DNA of 59,811 nt from Candidatus Omnitrophota bacterium (GTDB taxonomy: Bacteria > Omnitrophota > Gorgyraeia > Zapsychrales > Fredricksoniimonadaceae): assembly GCA_013287965.1 (NCBI GenBank), contig JABDCU010000009.1, positions 1-59,811 of the forward strand, written 5' to 3'. The notes beneath the pieces are model-generated. The model had not been told where the DNA came from. It was given only the letters and a program-made list of their open reading frames with translations, and made no database searches. Both the position numbers and the translations under genes were made by a program. Below are positions 28,591-39,463 of this stretch, in pieces. The stretch's first letter is position 1, and each line of letters starts with the position of its first letter.

Positions 28591-29083
28591 TAACATAAAG
28601 TTCTACTTTGTTGATGTAATAAACCAGTTGATGTTTGCGCTGAAAACCCGAAAGGAACTTAAAGTATTTTTTGTCATTAAAAATGAAAATAAGCTGGCGG
28701 AAAGAAGCTGCCTTGCTGCGGTATTCTTTCATATCATCAGGATGCTGCTGGAGTTGGGCTATTTTAATAAGATAGATCAGGGCGATCAGGGCTTCCTGGT
28801 GCTGCGGGTACTTGGCATAAAAATCCTTGAACTCATCAGAAGCTAGGCTCAAGTTGTTTTGCAGGAAATAATACTCTCCCTGGGCAAATGCCGCAGCCAG
28901 GCAATGGGGAGAGCTGGGGCAATCATCAAGGACCCCCCGAAAAGCCATGAAGGCAAAGTCATTTTCTCCCTGTTTGGCTAAACCTACAGCTTCATTCCAC
29001 TCAAGGTCCGCTTCCGAGGCTTCAACACAGGTCACCCATAAAAAACCCTGCAACAATAATGAAAGAATGATAACGTACAGCAT
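28559..29083 (-). CDS. TPR (BamD/YfiO-like) exported protein
   Basis: Signal peptide; AAAFAQGEYYF...FYAKYPQH TPR pattern. Confidence 0.6.
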   Translation of the reverse strand: MLYVIILSLLLQGFLWVTCVEASEADLEWNEAVGLAKQGENDFAFMAFRGVLDDCPSSPHCLAAAFAQGEYYFLQNNLSLASDEFKDFYAKYPQHQEALIALIYLIKIAQLQQHPDDMKEYRSKAASFRQLIFIFNDKKYFKFLSGFQRKHQLVYYINKVELYVNGQLFTKVSL

Positions 29084-29146
29084 AAGACCACCCTGGCCTT
29101 CTTCAATTCAAGTATACCCTATATTGGCTTAACTGCAAGGTGGGTG

Positions 29147-30439
29147 CTACGACGAGGAAAAATTAATTTTTTTAATTGTAAAATAGGTCATGCCAAAAAC
29201 ACCTGCTTCAATGATCGCGGTGGCCATGGCCGCTCCCACGTAGGAAAAAGAATAGATGAAAATAATGATCAAGGGCAGGCCGATGGCGGCCATGGTGATA
29301 TGTATCTTTGAGTAGGCATCGGTTTTGCCGCAGACCAAGAGGAACTGCACGCGAAAAGCATTCGAGCTGATAAAGAAAACAGCAATGAGCAAAAACCTCA
29401 ACGATAGTACTGCCGCGGGATAGGTCCCCCCGCAGACAAGTTTCACTATAAACGGCGCCAGAAGAAAAAACAAGGGCAGGAAGATCAAAGAAACAATGAG
29501 TGTTATCAACTGCACCTGCTGCATGATCTCAAAAGCCCGCATTTTATTCTTATGGAATATTTTGCTAAGCCGCGGGAAGATCGCCTGGGTGAAAGCAAAC
29601 AGCGGGAAGGTTTGCACCGCGTTGGCAATTTTTTCAGCGATGGAATAAAATCCGGTGAGGGTATTATTGGTCAAAAGCCCCACCGCAAAGATGCGGGTGG
29701 CGGTATAGGCGTTGATGGCAACCACGGAAATAAAAACATTCCATCCAGCCTTCAGCTGCCGGCGCAGGTCATTAAGGTGGGGAGGCTGCAAGGAAACTTT
29801 AAAACGGGTAAAAAGGACATATTGCCCTAAAATACCGATGATGAGCGCGGACAAGGAGGTGATGGTCGGCACTAACAGATAGTCGTTGGGCCCATGGATG
29901 AAAAGAAAAATACCAAAGGCATAGGCAAACTCCCCGATGATATTGATCTTGGCTGTGTAGCGCATGCTTTCCGATCCCTGGAAAAACCAGGCGGGAAAAA
30001 GAGTATTGCCGATCACTGCCCCAAAACTCAGCGCGTAGACCATCCAGTCATCTTTGAACCGCGGGACAAAATACACGACCATGCAAAGGACAAGCAAACT
30101 TAAAAAAGCCAGGATGATCTTGATGGTCATGACAGCGGAAATGACATTACAGATCTTGGGCTTATCCTCGTGGCAGAGCGAAATTTCTTTGGTCGCGGAA
30201 ACACTGAACCCATAATCAGTAAGGATCATGAAGTACTGCACAAAGGCCTGGGCAAAACAGATCAGCCCGAATTTCTCAGGGCCGATCACACGGAACAAAT
30301 AAGGCAAAATGATGATCGGAAAAACATAGGTGATCAACTGCAGCCAGGAAAGAGATCTCACATTATGCAAGACCTTGGCGCCTTCAAGGGGATCAACCAT
30401 CCGGTAAGTCTTTTGGACCAATTTAATGAGGGCGTGCAT
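29147..30439 (-). CDS. Wzx-type oligosaccharide flippase
   Basis: LPYLFRVIGPEKFG, TDYGFS, FPAWFFQG, GFYSIAEK, QAIFPRLS. Confidence 0.9.
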   Translation of the reverse strand: MHALIKLVQKTYRMVDPLEGAKVLHNVRSLSWLQLITYVFPIIILPYLFRVIGPEKFGLICFAQAFVQYFMILTDYGFSVSATKEISLCHEDKPKICNVISAVMTIKIILAFLSLLVLCMVVYFVPRFKDDWMVYALSFGAVIGNTLFPAWFFQGSESMRYTAKINIIGEFAYAFGIFLFIHGPNDYLLVPTITSLSALIIGILGQYVLFTRFKVSLQPPHLNDLRRQLKAGWNVFISVVAINAYTATRIFAVGLLTNNTLTGFYSIAEKIANAVQTFPLFAFTQAIFPRLSKIFHKNKMRAFEIMQQVQLITLIVSLIFLPLFFLLAPFIVKLVCGGTYPAAVLSLRFLLIAVFFISSNAFRVQFLLVCGKTDAYSKIHITMAAIGLPLIIIFIYSFSYVGAAMATAIIEAGVFGMTYFTIKKINFSSS

Positions 30440-30518
30440 GAGTTTAATTTACTCTTTACTTAAGTCTAAATAAACACATTTCTTGAGGATTTTTATTTGG
30501 CAGTGATATAATTTTACC

Positions 30519-31742
30519 ATGATCCAATTTCCCAAGAATTTCTACTGGGGTGCCGCGACATCTTCTTATCAGGTGGAAGGTAATAATGCTAACGCGGATT
30601 GGTGGCCTTGGGAGGCCCAAGCAGGCAAAGAAAGGTCCGGCCTGGCCTGCCGGCATTATGAATTTTACGAGAGTGATTTTGACCTGGTCAAAAGTTTAAA
30701 CCACAATGCCCACCGCCTTTCTATTGAATGGAGCCGCATTGAGCCCCGCGAAGGGGAATTTTCCAAAGAAGCCCTGCAGCATTACGTTAATGTGCTTATG
30801 ACCCTGCGTGTGCGGGGCATAGAGCCGATGGTGACCTTGCATCACTTTACCAATCCGATCTGGTTTAGCGAGTCAGGCGGCTGGCTGAACCCTCTTTGTG
30901 TTAAGCGTTTTTTGCGTTACTGTGATTTTGTCGTCAGGGAGCTGTCCCGTCATGTTCATTTTTGGTTTACCATCAACGAGCCTACGGTTTATTTTTCCCA
31001 TGCCTATCTTTGGGGCATGTGGCCGCCCCAGGAAAAGTCGATCTTTAAAATGAAGGCAGTTTGTGATTATCTTAATGACGCGCATATTGAGGCCTACCGG
31101 CTCATCCATAAAATTTATCAGGAAATAAACATTGCCCCGCCTGCTGTCAGCATCGCCCATCATATGCAGGCCATTGTCGGCTGCGATCAAAGTTTAAAGA
31201 ACCGTTTCGCTGTTGCTATAAGAAGGCAATTGTATAACTTGCAGATCCTGGACTATTTAACACGGCATAAAGCCCTTGATTTTATTGGGGTTAACTATTA
31301 TTCACGGCATCTGGCGCACGCGCATAGCTGGTGGATCGGCAATTTGCTGATGGAGACTTGCCAAGAGAAGCATCATCCGCTCAAGAAGAATTCTTTGGGT
31401 TGGGACATTTATCCGGAAGGTTTGGGCACCGTGCTTTTAGACCTTAAGGATTACAAGTTACCGGTGATCATCGCGGAAAACGGCATTTGCACTGGCGACG
31501 ATAATGAGCGCTGGGAATATATCCAAAGCCACCTTAAGAATGTCCACTTGAGCCTGCAACAAGGGGTAAATGTGACAGGCTATCTTTATTGGTCCTTGAT
31601 GGATAACTTTGAGTGGGCCCACGGCTTTGGCCCCAGATTTGGGTTGATCAATATTGATTACAACACGCAGCAAAGGACTGTCAGGGATTCCGCCAAAAAA
31701 TTTGCTGAAGTCTGCAAGACAGGTATTTTAGAAGTTATTTAG
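30519..31742 (+). CDS. Glycoside hydrolase family 1 (beta-glucosidase)
   Basis: FYWGAATSSYQVEG, TINEP (acid/base), IAENG (nucleophile), WSLMDNFEW. Confidence 0.93.
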   Translation: MIQFPKNFYWGAATSSYQVEGNNANADWWPWEAQAGKERSGLACRHYEFYESDFDLVKSLNHNAHRLSIEWSRIEPREGEFSKEALQHYVNVLMTLRVRGIEPMVTLHHFTNPIWFSESGGWLNPLCVKRFLRYCDFVVRELSRHVHFWFTINEPTVYFSHAYLWGMWPPQEKSIFKMKAVCDYLNDAHIEAYRLIHKIYQEINIAPPAVSIAHHMQAIVGCDQSLKNRFAVAIRRQLYNLQILDYLTRHKALDFIGVNYYSRHLAHAHSWWIGNLLMETCQEKHHPLKKNSLGWDIYPEGLGTVLLDLKDYKLPVIIAENGICTGDDNERWEYIQSHLKNVHLSLQQGVNVTGYLYWSLMDNFEWAHGFGPRFGLINIDYNTQQRTVRDSAKKFAEVCKTGILEVI

Positions 31743-31769
31743 TCTCGTCGAAAAAAAATCAATTCTCCG

Positions 31770-31797
31770 TTGACACTCTCCTCAAATGTTATAAAGT
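31770..31797 (+). promoter_or_regulatory. smc promoter (leaderless-type)
   Basis: TTGACA-N16-TAAAGT, 6 nt before ATG, no SD. Confidence 0.55.
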
Positions 31798-31803
31798 GAT
31801 GAT

Positions 31804-34800
31804 ATGTATTTCAGACGCCTGGAAATATTCGGTTTCAAGTCTTTTGCCCAGAAGACCATCTTGGAGTTCCAGCCGGGCATTTCTGCCATCGTCGGGCCCA
31901 ACGGCTGCGGCAAAAGCAATGTCTTTGATGCCATCCGCTGGGTCTTGGGCGAGCAAAGCGTCAAGGAATTGCGCGGCTCCTCCATGGAAGATGTCATCTT
32001 CAACGGCACCGACCAGAAAGCCCCCCTGGGCTTCGCGGAAGTTTCACTCACTTTTTCCAATGAATCGCGTATCTTGCCCATTGACCATGATGAAGTCATC
32101 GTCACCCGCCGGCTCTTTCGTTCCGGCGAGAGTGAATATTTGATCAATAAGAATACTTCCCGTTTAAGAGATATTGTTGAGTTGTTTTTAGGCACCGGTG
32201 TCGGGGCTGAAGCGTATTCGCTCATCCAGCAGGGCAAGGTGGACCTGGTTGTTTCCGCCAAGCCGGATGACCGCCGCGAGATCTTTGATGAAGCTGCCGG
32301 CATCACCAAGTATAAGAGTAAAAAGAAAGAAGCCCTAAGCAAACTTAAAGACACGGAAGACAATTTGCTGCGCATCAATGATATTGTCGTCGAGGTCAAG
32401 CGCCAGATCGCCACCATTGAACGCCAGGCCAAAAAAGCCCAGCGTTATAAAGAAGAATTTGAAGTCCTCAAGAATTATGAACTCATTTTTGCCCGCCATC
32501 AGATGGCCCGCTTTGATGAGGAGAGTCAAGGCATGGCCGCGGCCGTGGGTGCTTTGCAGGCACAAGAACTTGAATTGACCGCCCAATTAGAAGAATTAAA
32601 TAACCGCATTGACAATGAAGCCCTCCAATTAGAAGAGATCGACGAGCGCATTAATGAATTTAGGGCCCAGGACATCCATTTAGAAAATGAAGCAGCCATG
32701 AATACCAGCCAGATCTCTTTTAATGAAGAGCGCCGGCAGGGCATGGACGAGACTTGCCAGCGCCTGCAGGCGGACAAGGCCGCGGCCCTTCTGCGCTGCA
32801 GCACGCACCAGGCCAAGATCGAAGAGATCAAAGGGGCTTTAGCCCGCCTCTCTGAAAATTTATCCGGCCTTCAAGCCAAACTGCAGCAAAAACAAGTTGA
32901 CTTAAGTGTTTTAGTGCACAGCATTGATCAGGCCAAGGCATCCATTGAGCAGGTGGAAAAAGAAATAATGGGCCTCAACGGCCAGCAGGTGCGTTTTAAA
33001 AACCAGCTGACTGAAAATATGAAGCGCACCATGGAAGCCCTGGCGCGAAAGGCCCGTCTGGAACATGAAAATTCCAAGATCAATAATGAAAAAGTCCAGG
33101 TATACCAGCGTTGTGAAGATATCAATGCCTCCATTACCCAAGTGCAAACCCAATTGCAGGGGTTTTGGGCGGATTGCAAGACCCGGCGCCAGGCCTTGGA
33201 AGAACTTAAAAGCCGATTTAGCGCCCAGGAAACTTTGATCGATGATTTGGAGAAAAATCATGTGTTCCTTCTGTCCCAAAAAGAATTCATCCAAAAAATG
33301 CAGGTGCAGTACCAGGACATCCCTGACCCGATCGTGGAAGGACGCTTTTTAGCCACCGTGCGCCCGAGCGATAAACAAACCGGTATCATCGGCAAGATCA
33401 AAAATGTCAGGGTCATTCCAGCCACGGAACAGTCGCGGGAATTGTACGAGATCACCTACGAGACCAAATATGTGGAATTGGATTTGCAGTATTTGGATGA
33501 CCGCATTGCTGTTATCAACGAAAAATTGGCCCAGGCAAAGGGTGTTAAGGTCCAATTAGACGGTCAAATCCAGGAGCAGAATAATTCTGTTGAAGAAGTC
33601 CTTAAAAATATCCAGGAGCAGGAAAAGAAATTTTCCGTCCTGGAGTCCCAGAAAAATGATGTTGAGCTGGAGTCCGGTAAATTGACCGGTGAGTTGGATG
33701 TCATCAGCTCTGAATTTGCTGAAAGCGAGTCTGCCCTGGCTGCATTGAAAGTGCAGGAAGCTGAATTTTCGGCAAGTTTGCAGGGTATCGGCGGGCAGAT
33801 CACGCGCTGCCAGGAAGACATTAAATCCAAACATGGGTCTATTGCTGTCAAGGACCAGGAGCGCCAGGAATTCAATATCACTATCGCCCAACTGGAAGGT
33901 GAATTATTCGCCTTGTCCGATAAACGTAAAGGATTTGAAGAGAATTTGGCCCTGCATACCCAAAATCTTGACCGCGACCTGACAGACATCGCCCGTTTCG
34001 ACGCTGAAAACAGTGAATTGGAAGCTAAGAAAATTAAAATTGGTGAAGACATCATTCTCCTGCAGCAGGCGATCGACGGATTACAGCGTAAAAAAGAGGC
34101 CCTGGCATTGGTCTTAAATGAAGAGTCAGCCAAAAAAGAAGAAATGTCCCGCCGGCTGAATTCTTTACGCAACGGGATCCGCGGCAATGAGGATGAGATC
34201 ATCAAGATCAAAACCGACATGCATCATCAGCAGATGCGCCAGCAGGAAGTGCAGTTCAACCAGCGCGCCCTCAAAGAAAAATTATTGCAGGCCTATAAAA
34301 TAGATTGGGATCAAATTCAAAGTGAACCGCCAGCTGAGGCGCCTCAGGCAACAGAACCGTCCGCTGTACCGGCACCACAACTAAACATCGAAGAACTAAC
34401 CATCGAGATCGACAAACTCAAAAAACGCTGCGAATCCTACGGGGCGGTCAATCTGGTGGCCATTGAAGAGTTTGAAGAGCTCAAGGGCCGGTTCGAATTC
34501 TTGACCAAGCAGCAAAGCGACCTGTTAACGGCCCGCGAGCAGCTGATGTCAACCATCCAGAAGATCAATCGCACCACCCGGCAGATGTTCACCGATACCT
34601 TTGTGAAGGTCAACGAAGAATTTAAGGTTTATTTCCGTATGCTCTTTGGGGGCGGGGAAGCCCAACTAGTTTTGCTTGACCCGGACAATGCCCTGGAATG
34701 CGGTATTGATATCGTGGCCAGGCCTCCGGGCAAAAAATTGCAGAATATCAGCCTCATGTCCGGTGGTGAAAAAACCCTGACCGCTATTGCCCTTATTTTT

Positions 34801-35145
34801 GGGGTGTTTAAAGTCAATCCCAGTCCTTTCTGCGTTTTAGACGAGATTGATGCTGCCCTGGATGAGTCTAATGTGGGCCGTTTTGCAGGCATGCTCAAGG
34901 AATTTGCTAAAGTTGCCCAGTTTATCGTTATTACCCACAATAAAAGCACCATGTCCGCGGCTGATATCATGTATGGGGTCACCATGCAGGAGCGGGGAGT
35001 GTCGCGCATCGTGTCCGTCAAATTCAACGAGTACAAGGCCCAACCCAAATTGGCGCCTCACGTTACGAACAGTGCGGACGAAATAAATCAACCTTCTGCG
35101 CAGTCGAAGCAATTGGGCCTTTTGGCTGCTCCAGCCGCTGTCTAA
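31804..35145 (+). CDS. smc: Chromosome segregation protein SMC with an atypically small hinge
   Basis: GFKSFA, GPNGCGKSN, IQQG, DEAAGI, long coiled coils, GAVNLVAIEE, MSGGE, LDEIDAALD, ITHN. Confidence 0.93.
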   Translation: MYFRRLEIFGFKSFAQKTILEFQPGISAIVGPNGCGKSNVFDAIRWVLGEQSVKELRGSSMEDVIFNGTDQKAPLGFAEVSLTFSNESRILPIDHDEVIVTRRLFRSGESEYLINKNTSRLRDIVELFLGTGVGAEAYSLIQQGKVDLVVSAKPDDRREIFDEAAGITKYKSKKKEALSKLKDTEDNLLRINDIVVEVKRQIATIERQAKKAQRYKEEFEVLKNYELIFARHQMARFDEESQGMAAAVGALQAQELELTAQLEELNNRIDNEALQLEEIDERINEFRAQDIHLENEAAMNTSQISFNEERRQGMDETCQRLQADKAAALLRCSTHQAKIEEIKGALARLSENLSGLQAKLQQKQVDLSVLVHSIDQAKASIEQVEKEIMGLNGQQVRFKNQLTENMKRTMEALARKARLEHENSKINNEKVQVYQRCEDINASITQVQTQLQGFWADCKTRRQALEELKSRFSAQETLIDDLEKNHVFLLSQKEFIQKMQVQYQDIPDPIVEGRFLATVRPSDKQTGIIGKIKNVRVIPATEQSRELYEITYETKYVELDLQYLDDRIAVINEKLAQAKGVKVQLDGQIQEQNNSVEEVLKNIQEQEKKFSVLESQKNDVELESGKLTGELDVISSEFAESESALAALKVQEAEFSASLQGIGGQITRCQEDIKSKHGSIAVKDQERQEFNITIAQLEGELFALSDKRKGFEENLALHTQNLDRDLTDIARFDAENSELEAKKIKIGEDIILLQQAIDGLQRKKEALALVLNEESAKKEEMSRRLNSLRNGIRGNEDEIIKIKTDMHHQQMRQQEVQFNQRALKEKLLQAYKIDWDQIQSEPPAEAPQATEPSAVPAPQLNIEELTIEIDKLKKRCESYGAVNLVAIEEFEELKGRFEFLTKQQSDLLTAREQLMSTIQKINRTTRQMFTDTFVKVNEEFKVYFRMLFGGGEAQLVLLDPDNALECGIDIVARPPGKKLQNISLMSGGEKTLTAIALIFGVFKVNPSPFCVLDEIDAALDESNVGRFAGMLKEFAKVAQFIVITHNKSTMSAADIMYGVTMQERGVSRIVSVKFNEYKAQPKLAPHVTNSADEINQPSAQSKQLGLLAAPAAV

Positions 35146-35226
35146 AAAAATAATGACATTATTTTATTTCGTGTATAAATTGATTATTTTCAGTTAGTTA
35201 CGTTACATGTAAGAGCAAGCGCTTCC

Positions 35227-35255
35227 TTGACAGCCCCCTGGCCGCATGTTATACT
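35227..35255 (+). promoter_or_regulatory. sigma70 promoter of the cvpA-dnaG-rpoD operon
   Basis: TTGACA-N17-TATACT with extended TG. Confidence 0.7.
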
Positions 35256-35280
35256 TGCCCATAGCTCGTAGAATAAAATT

Positions 35281-35853
35281 ATGATAACACATTTAATTAA
35301 AACCATTAATTGGGTCGATGTGGCTTTGGCTTTTTTGTTCATACGGATGATCTTTGTCGGTGTTAAAAGCGGTTTTATTGCTGAATTTTTTAAGTTTTTA
35401 GGGGTTGTAGCAGCGGTCTTTGTCAGCCTTCATTTTTATAGCTTTTTGGCCGCGTGGGCAGCCCAGAAAACCAATTTTTCCCAGGATTATTGGGATTTGG
35501 CGGTATTTGCGAGCCTTTGGCTTGGCGTAACGTTTTTTTTCAAGCTTCTTAGAAGCGGTATCCTGATTCTTTTTAAGGTGGAGACCAACCATCAGGGATT
35601 TGATAAGTACGCGGCAGGTGTGGTGGCGATCGGCCGGGGAATTTTAGTGTGCAGTTTGACGATCTTTTTGGTCTTATTGGCCAATAAGCCGGCCCTGACG
35701 CGCATGACCTTGCATTCTTATGGTTATAAAATAGCCGGACGCGCGGCGGTTGGCACCTATAGTTTTTTGTATAATAATTTGGTCGATAAATTATTTACGG
35801 GTGAGCATTACAATACCGCTGCAGCTCAAGTTTTGAATCCGGTTGGTAAGTGA
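35281..35853 (+). CDS. cvpA: CvpA-family membrane protein
   Basis: NWVDVAL...GVKSGFIAEFF...DKYAAGVVAIGRG. Confidence 0.75.
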   Translation: MITHLIKTINWVDVALAFLFIRMIFVGVKSGFIAEFFKFLGVVAAVFVSLHFYSFLAAWAAQKTNFSQDYWDLAVFASLWLGVTFFFKLLRSGILILFKVETNHQGFDKYAAGVVAIGRGILVCSLTIFLVLLANKPALTRMTLHSYGYKIAGRAAVGTYSFLYNNLVDKLFTGEHYNTAAAQVLNPVGK

Positions 35854-35854
35854 T

Positions 35855-37633
35855 ATGGGATTGATCCCGAATGATGTCATTAATCAGGTCATTGAACGCA
35901 GCGATATCGTTGAACTGATCGGCAATTATACGGCCTTAAAAAAAGCAGGCCGTAATTTTAAAGCTCTTTGTCCGTTCCATAATGAGAAAACACCGTCCTT
36001 CGTGGTCAATCCGGACAAGCAGATCTTTCATTGCTTCGGGTGCGGTGTCGGCGGTAACGTAGTCGGCTTTTTGATGCGCCAGGAACATTTGGAATTTCCT
36101 GAGGCAGTACGGTTTTTGGCCAACAAAGCCGGAGTGGTTATCCCCGACGACGAATCAACCGCTCCAAGCCCGTCGCGGCAGCTGCGTGAGGATATCCTGA
36201 AGGTCAACGGGTTGGCAGCGGATTTTTTTCATGGTATACTCTTAACGAACCACGAAGCTGATGTCAAATCCGCCCGGGAGTATCTTAAAGCCAGGGGAGT
36301 TAATTTAGAAACGGTCAAGAAATTTCAGTTGGGTTTTGCGCCCAATGAGTGGGACGCTCTTTTAAAATATTTGAGATCTAAAGGGGTCAGCGAAGAGCTG
36401 ATCGCCAAGGCAGGATTGATCATTGCCCGTGAGGGCAAAAGCGGATTTTACGACCGTTTTCGCAATCGCATTGTATTCCCGATCCTTGATGTTCAAAACC
36501 GCCCGGTGGCCTTTGGCGCCCGGGCCATGAAGGATGACGACGGGGCTAAATACATCAATTCGCCGGAGACTGCGGTTTACACTAAAGGCCAGCATATGTT
36601 CGGCCTGCAGCTGACCAAGGGCGCGGTCGGTAAATTAGACAAGATCATCGTGGTAGAGGGTTACATGGACATGATCATGCCCTTTGTCCACGGAGTGGAA
36701 AATATAGCGGCATCTTTAGGCACGGCGCTGACCGTTGATCAGATCAGATTGGTCCGCCGCTATACGCATAATGTCGTCATGCTCTTTGATACAGATGCCG
36801 CCGGACAATCAGCGATCGTGCGCAGTCTTGATCTGCTGATCGACGAAGGCATGAATGTGCGCGTGGCGAGGCTGGCTCAGGATGAAGATCCAGATTCATT
36901 CATCCGTCAGCAAGGCACAGAGGCCTTTAACGCGCGTGTTGAGAACGCTTCGTCGCTGTTGGATTTTAAATTTGACTGGCTTGAGCGCCAACATGACCCT
37001 AAGACAGCTGAGGGCAAAGCAAAGATAGCCCAAGAATTGCTTGGTACGATCGCACGGTTTAAAAGTGAAGTGGCTAAGTATGAATTGACCAAGAGCCTGG
37101 CCCAAAAGATGGATATCCCTGAAGGGGTATTGCTTAAGCAGGCAGGTCAGGTAAAAGATAAATTCGCAGGAGCGCCCCTGGCGGTCGCCCGTAATGAGGC
37201 AGAAACAAAAATATCCGCCTCAGCGTCAACCGGTCAGGAATTACTGCTGGCCTTATTCTTAAAAGACCCGGCATGGGTCAAGGCCGCGCGGGAGCATATC
37301 GGGCCTGAAGATTTTCCTGACGGCCTGGTGCGTCAGGTGGTAGAAGCCATTTGGTCATTGGCCAATGAAACAAGCGATTGGTCGACCAATGATCTTTTAG
37401 TACGTTTAAATGATGAGGCGGTACAGAGTTTGGTAACACGTCTTATCAGTATTGAAGAAGGGAAATTAATTGATCCGGCACGGATCTTCCAGGACTGCAT
37501 CGGGAAGATCCGGCAAGAAAAACAAAAGAAAGCCAGAGGCCGCCTGGTGCAAGCCATCCGTCAGGCAGAGGCTTTGAAAGATAAAGAAAAAGCAGACCAG
37601 CTTACAGAAGAGTTAAATCAGTTGTTTAAGTGA
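35855..37633 (+). CDS. dnaG: DNA primase
   Basis: CHC2 zinc finger [16 protein letters not shown]; DRFRNR; KYINSPET; TOPRIM EGYMD, FDTDAAG, DPD. Confidence 0.97.
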   Translation: MGLIPNDVINQVIERSDIVELIGNYTALKKAGRNFKALCPFHNEKTPSFVVNPDKQIFHCFGCGVGGNVVGFLMRQEHLEFPEAVRFLANKAGVVIPDDESTAPSPSRQLREDILKVNGLAADFFHGILLTNHEADVKSAREYLKARGVNLETVKKFQLGFAPNEWDALLKYLRSKGVSEELIAKAGLIIAREGKSGFYDRFRNRIVFPILDVQNRPVAFGARAMKDDDGAKYINSPETAVYTKGQHMFGLQLTKGAVGKLDKIIVVEGYMDMIMPFVHGVENIAASLGTALTVDQIRLVRRYTHNVVMLFDTDAAGQSAIVRSLDLLIDEGMNVRVARLAQDEDPDSFIRQQGTEAFNARVENASSLLDFKFDWLERQHDPKTAEGKAKIAQELLGTIARFKSEVAKYELTKSLAQKMDIPEGVLLKQAGQVKDKFAGAPLAVARNEAETKISASASTGQELLLALFLKDPAWVKAAREHIGPEDFPDGLVRQVVEAIWSLANETSDWSTNDLLVRLNDEAVQSLVTRLISIEEGKLIDPARIFQDCIGKIRQEKQKKARGRLVQAIRQAEALKDKEKADQLTEELNQLFK

Positions 37634-37640
37634 GGTATTT

Positions 37641-39254
37641 ATGAAAGAACCGATCAAAGAAAAAGAGCCAAAAGACCCCAAGGACCTTCAAGGTGATTTG
37701 GACAAGTTAGTGACGCTGGGCAAAAAGAAGGGCTTTTTGACCTATGAAGACGTCAACGAAACCTTGTCCGATGCCATTGATTCGTCCGAGGACATTGACC
37801 AGGTCTTTGACGTTCTCGACGGACAGGACATCAAGGTCGTTGATTCCGGTGAAGAGACGCCTGTGATCGCTGAAGAAGCGGTGGAAGAAAGCCGTGAGCA
37901 GCAGGTGCGCCGCTTGCGTGAGGAGAACAAGGAAGATGATGTTTATTCCGACAAGTTCATTCCTCTGGATGACCCGGTGAAGATGTATTTAAAGCAGATG
38001 GGTTCCATCCCGCTTTTGACCCGTGAGGAAGAGATCGCGCTGGCCAAACGTATCGAAGAAGCGGAATTGCGTTTCGCGGAATCTTTATTCAAGACATATT
38101 ACGCGCGTAAAGAAGCTTTAGCCATCATCAATCAGGTTTTGAACGATGAGATCAATGCCGAAGACGTGATCAAGGATGAATTGGAACGCCGCGGCCGTTT
38201 AATGAAAGACCTGGCCAAGATCCTCGAGCATGTGCGCCATACAAGGGTAGGTTCTGATATTTCCGCTAAATCCATCGCAGAATTCAAATTGACCTCCACC
38301 ATCAATGAGGAGATCGTCATCAAGATCTCTGATCTGATCGGCAACATTGAGCGTGTGGAGCGGCACTTGAAGGTCAAGAAACTGCCGGCCAATGCCGCGG
38401 AGTTCAAGCGCCAGTCGATCGCCTTGCATAAAGAATTAGGCGAGCCGGTGGAAAAGGTCAAAGAGCAGCTGCGCGAGATCAAGACACGCCAGTCGCGTTT
38501 CAATAAAGCCAAAAAATTGCTTGTTGAGGCGAACTTAAGACTGGTCGTGTCCATCGCTAAAAAATATATCAACCGTGGTTTGTCTTTTTTGGATTTGATC
38601 CAGGAAGGCAACATGGGCCTGATCCGTGCCGTCGAGAAATTCGAATACAAGCGCGGTTATAAATTCTCTACTTATGCGACATGGTGGATTAGACAGGCCA
38701 TCACGCGTTCCATCGCGGACCAGGCGCGCACCATCCGCATCCCGGTGCATATGACCGAGACCATCAACAAGATCATCCGTGTCTCGCGCGTTTTCGTGCA
38801 GGAATATGGCCGTGAGCCATCCGCGCAAGAGATCGCCAAGGAAATGCGTCTGCCGGTGACCAAGGTCAAAGAAATTCTAAAGATCTCCCAGGTGCCGATC
38901 TCCTTGCAGACACCGATCGGGGACGAAGGGGACACGCATTTCGGGGATTTCATCGAAGATAAAAAAGCTGTTTCTCCGGCGAATGCGACCTTGCATTCCA
39001 TGCTCAAGGAAGAGATCACCTCAGTGCTCTCGACTTTGGATGACCGTGAGCGCAAGATATTGGAATTGCGTTTCGGGATCATGGACGGGACTTCTCGCAC
39101 CCTGGAAGAGGTGGGAGCGGAATTCAACGTCACCCGTGAGCGTGTGCGCCAGATCGAATCCAAGGCCTTGCGCAAACTGCGCCATCCGACACGTTCCCGA
39201 CGCATCAAGTCCTTTTTGGACATGGCGGCCAAAGAAGCCGAAGCCACTATTTAA
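37641..39254 (+). CDS. rpoD: Primary sigma factor sigma70
   Basis: [55 protein letters not shown]. Confidence 0.97.
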   Translation: MKEPIKEKEPKDPKDLQGDLDKLVTLGKKKGFLTYEDVNETLSDAIDSSEDIDQVFDVLDGQDIKVVDSGEETPVIAEEAVEESREQQVRRLREENKEDDVYSDKFIPLDDPVKMYLKQMGSIPLLTREEEIALAKRIEEAELRFAESLFKTYYARKEALAIINQVLNDEINAEDVIKDELERRGRLMKDLAKILEHVRHTRVGSDISAKSIAEFKLTSTINEEIVIKISDLIGNIERVERHLKVKKLPANAAEFKRQSIALHKELGEPVEKVKEQLREIKTRQSRFNKAKKLLVEANLRLVVSIAKKYINRGLSFLDLIQEGNMGLIRAVEKFEYKRGYKFSTYATWWIRQAITRSIADQARTIRIPVHMTETINKIIRVSRVFVQEYGREPSAQEIAKEMRLPVTKVKEILKISQVPISLQTPIGDEGDTHFGDFIEDKKAVSPANATLHSMLKEEITSVLSTLDDRERKILELRFGIMDGTSRTLEEVGAEFNVTRERVRQIESKALRKLRHPTRSRRIKSFLDMAAKEAEATI

Positions 39255-39275
39255 TATCAGCGCTATTCATCGCAG

Positions 39276-39452
39276 GTCTGTATAGATAGGTATTATGTAT
39301 TTGGCACGGAATATTTTCGCCGTCTGCTTCGGTTTACAATAAATCTGTTTTATAGCAGCATTAGTATATGAACAGATTTATTGTAAAGCCTCGCAGACAT
39401 TTGGCGAAAAATTCCTGATTGTGCCAAATACATAATACCTATCTATACAGAC
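39276..39452. repeat. 177 bp long bulged palindrome (MITE/REPIN-like or structured RNA)
   Basis: Perfect 32 bp terminal inverted repeat GTCTGTATAGATAGGTATTATGTATTTGGCAC plus internal complementary blocks. Confidence 0.85.
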
Positions 39453-39463
39453 ACGCAATTAAC

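Noticed and set aside
31782-39247. Long antisense ORFs opposite smc, dnaG and rpoD (also those opposite pyk, hlyD and the ROK kinase)
   Set aside because: Shadow frames of well-conserved genes, with no recognisable motifs or start signals
39276-39452. 6S RNA, SRP RNA or integron attC identity for this hairpin and the one at 54293
   Set aside because: No SRP domain IV motif, no clear 6S central bubble, ends do not fit RYYYAAC/GTTRRRY, and no integron integrase is present
39419-39463. N-terminal extension of AroD given in the ORF track
   Set aside because: It is translated from the palindrome arm; ATG 39464 is the more plausible start
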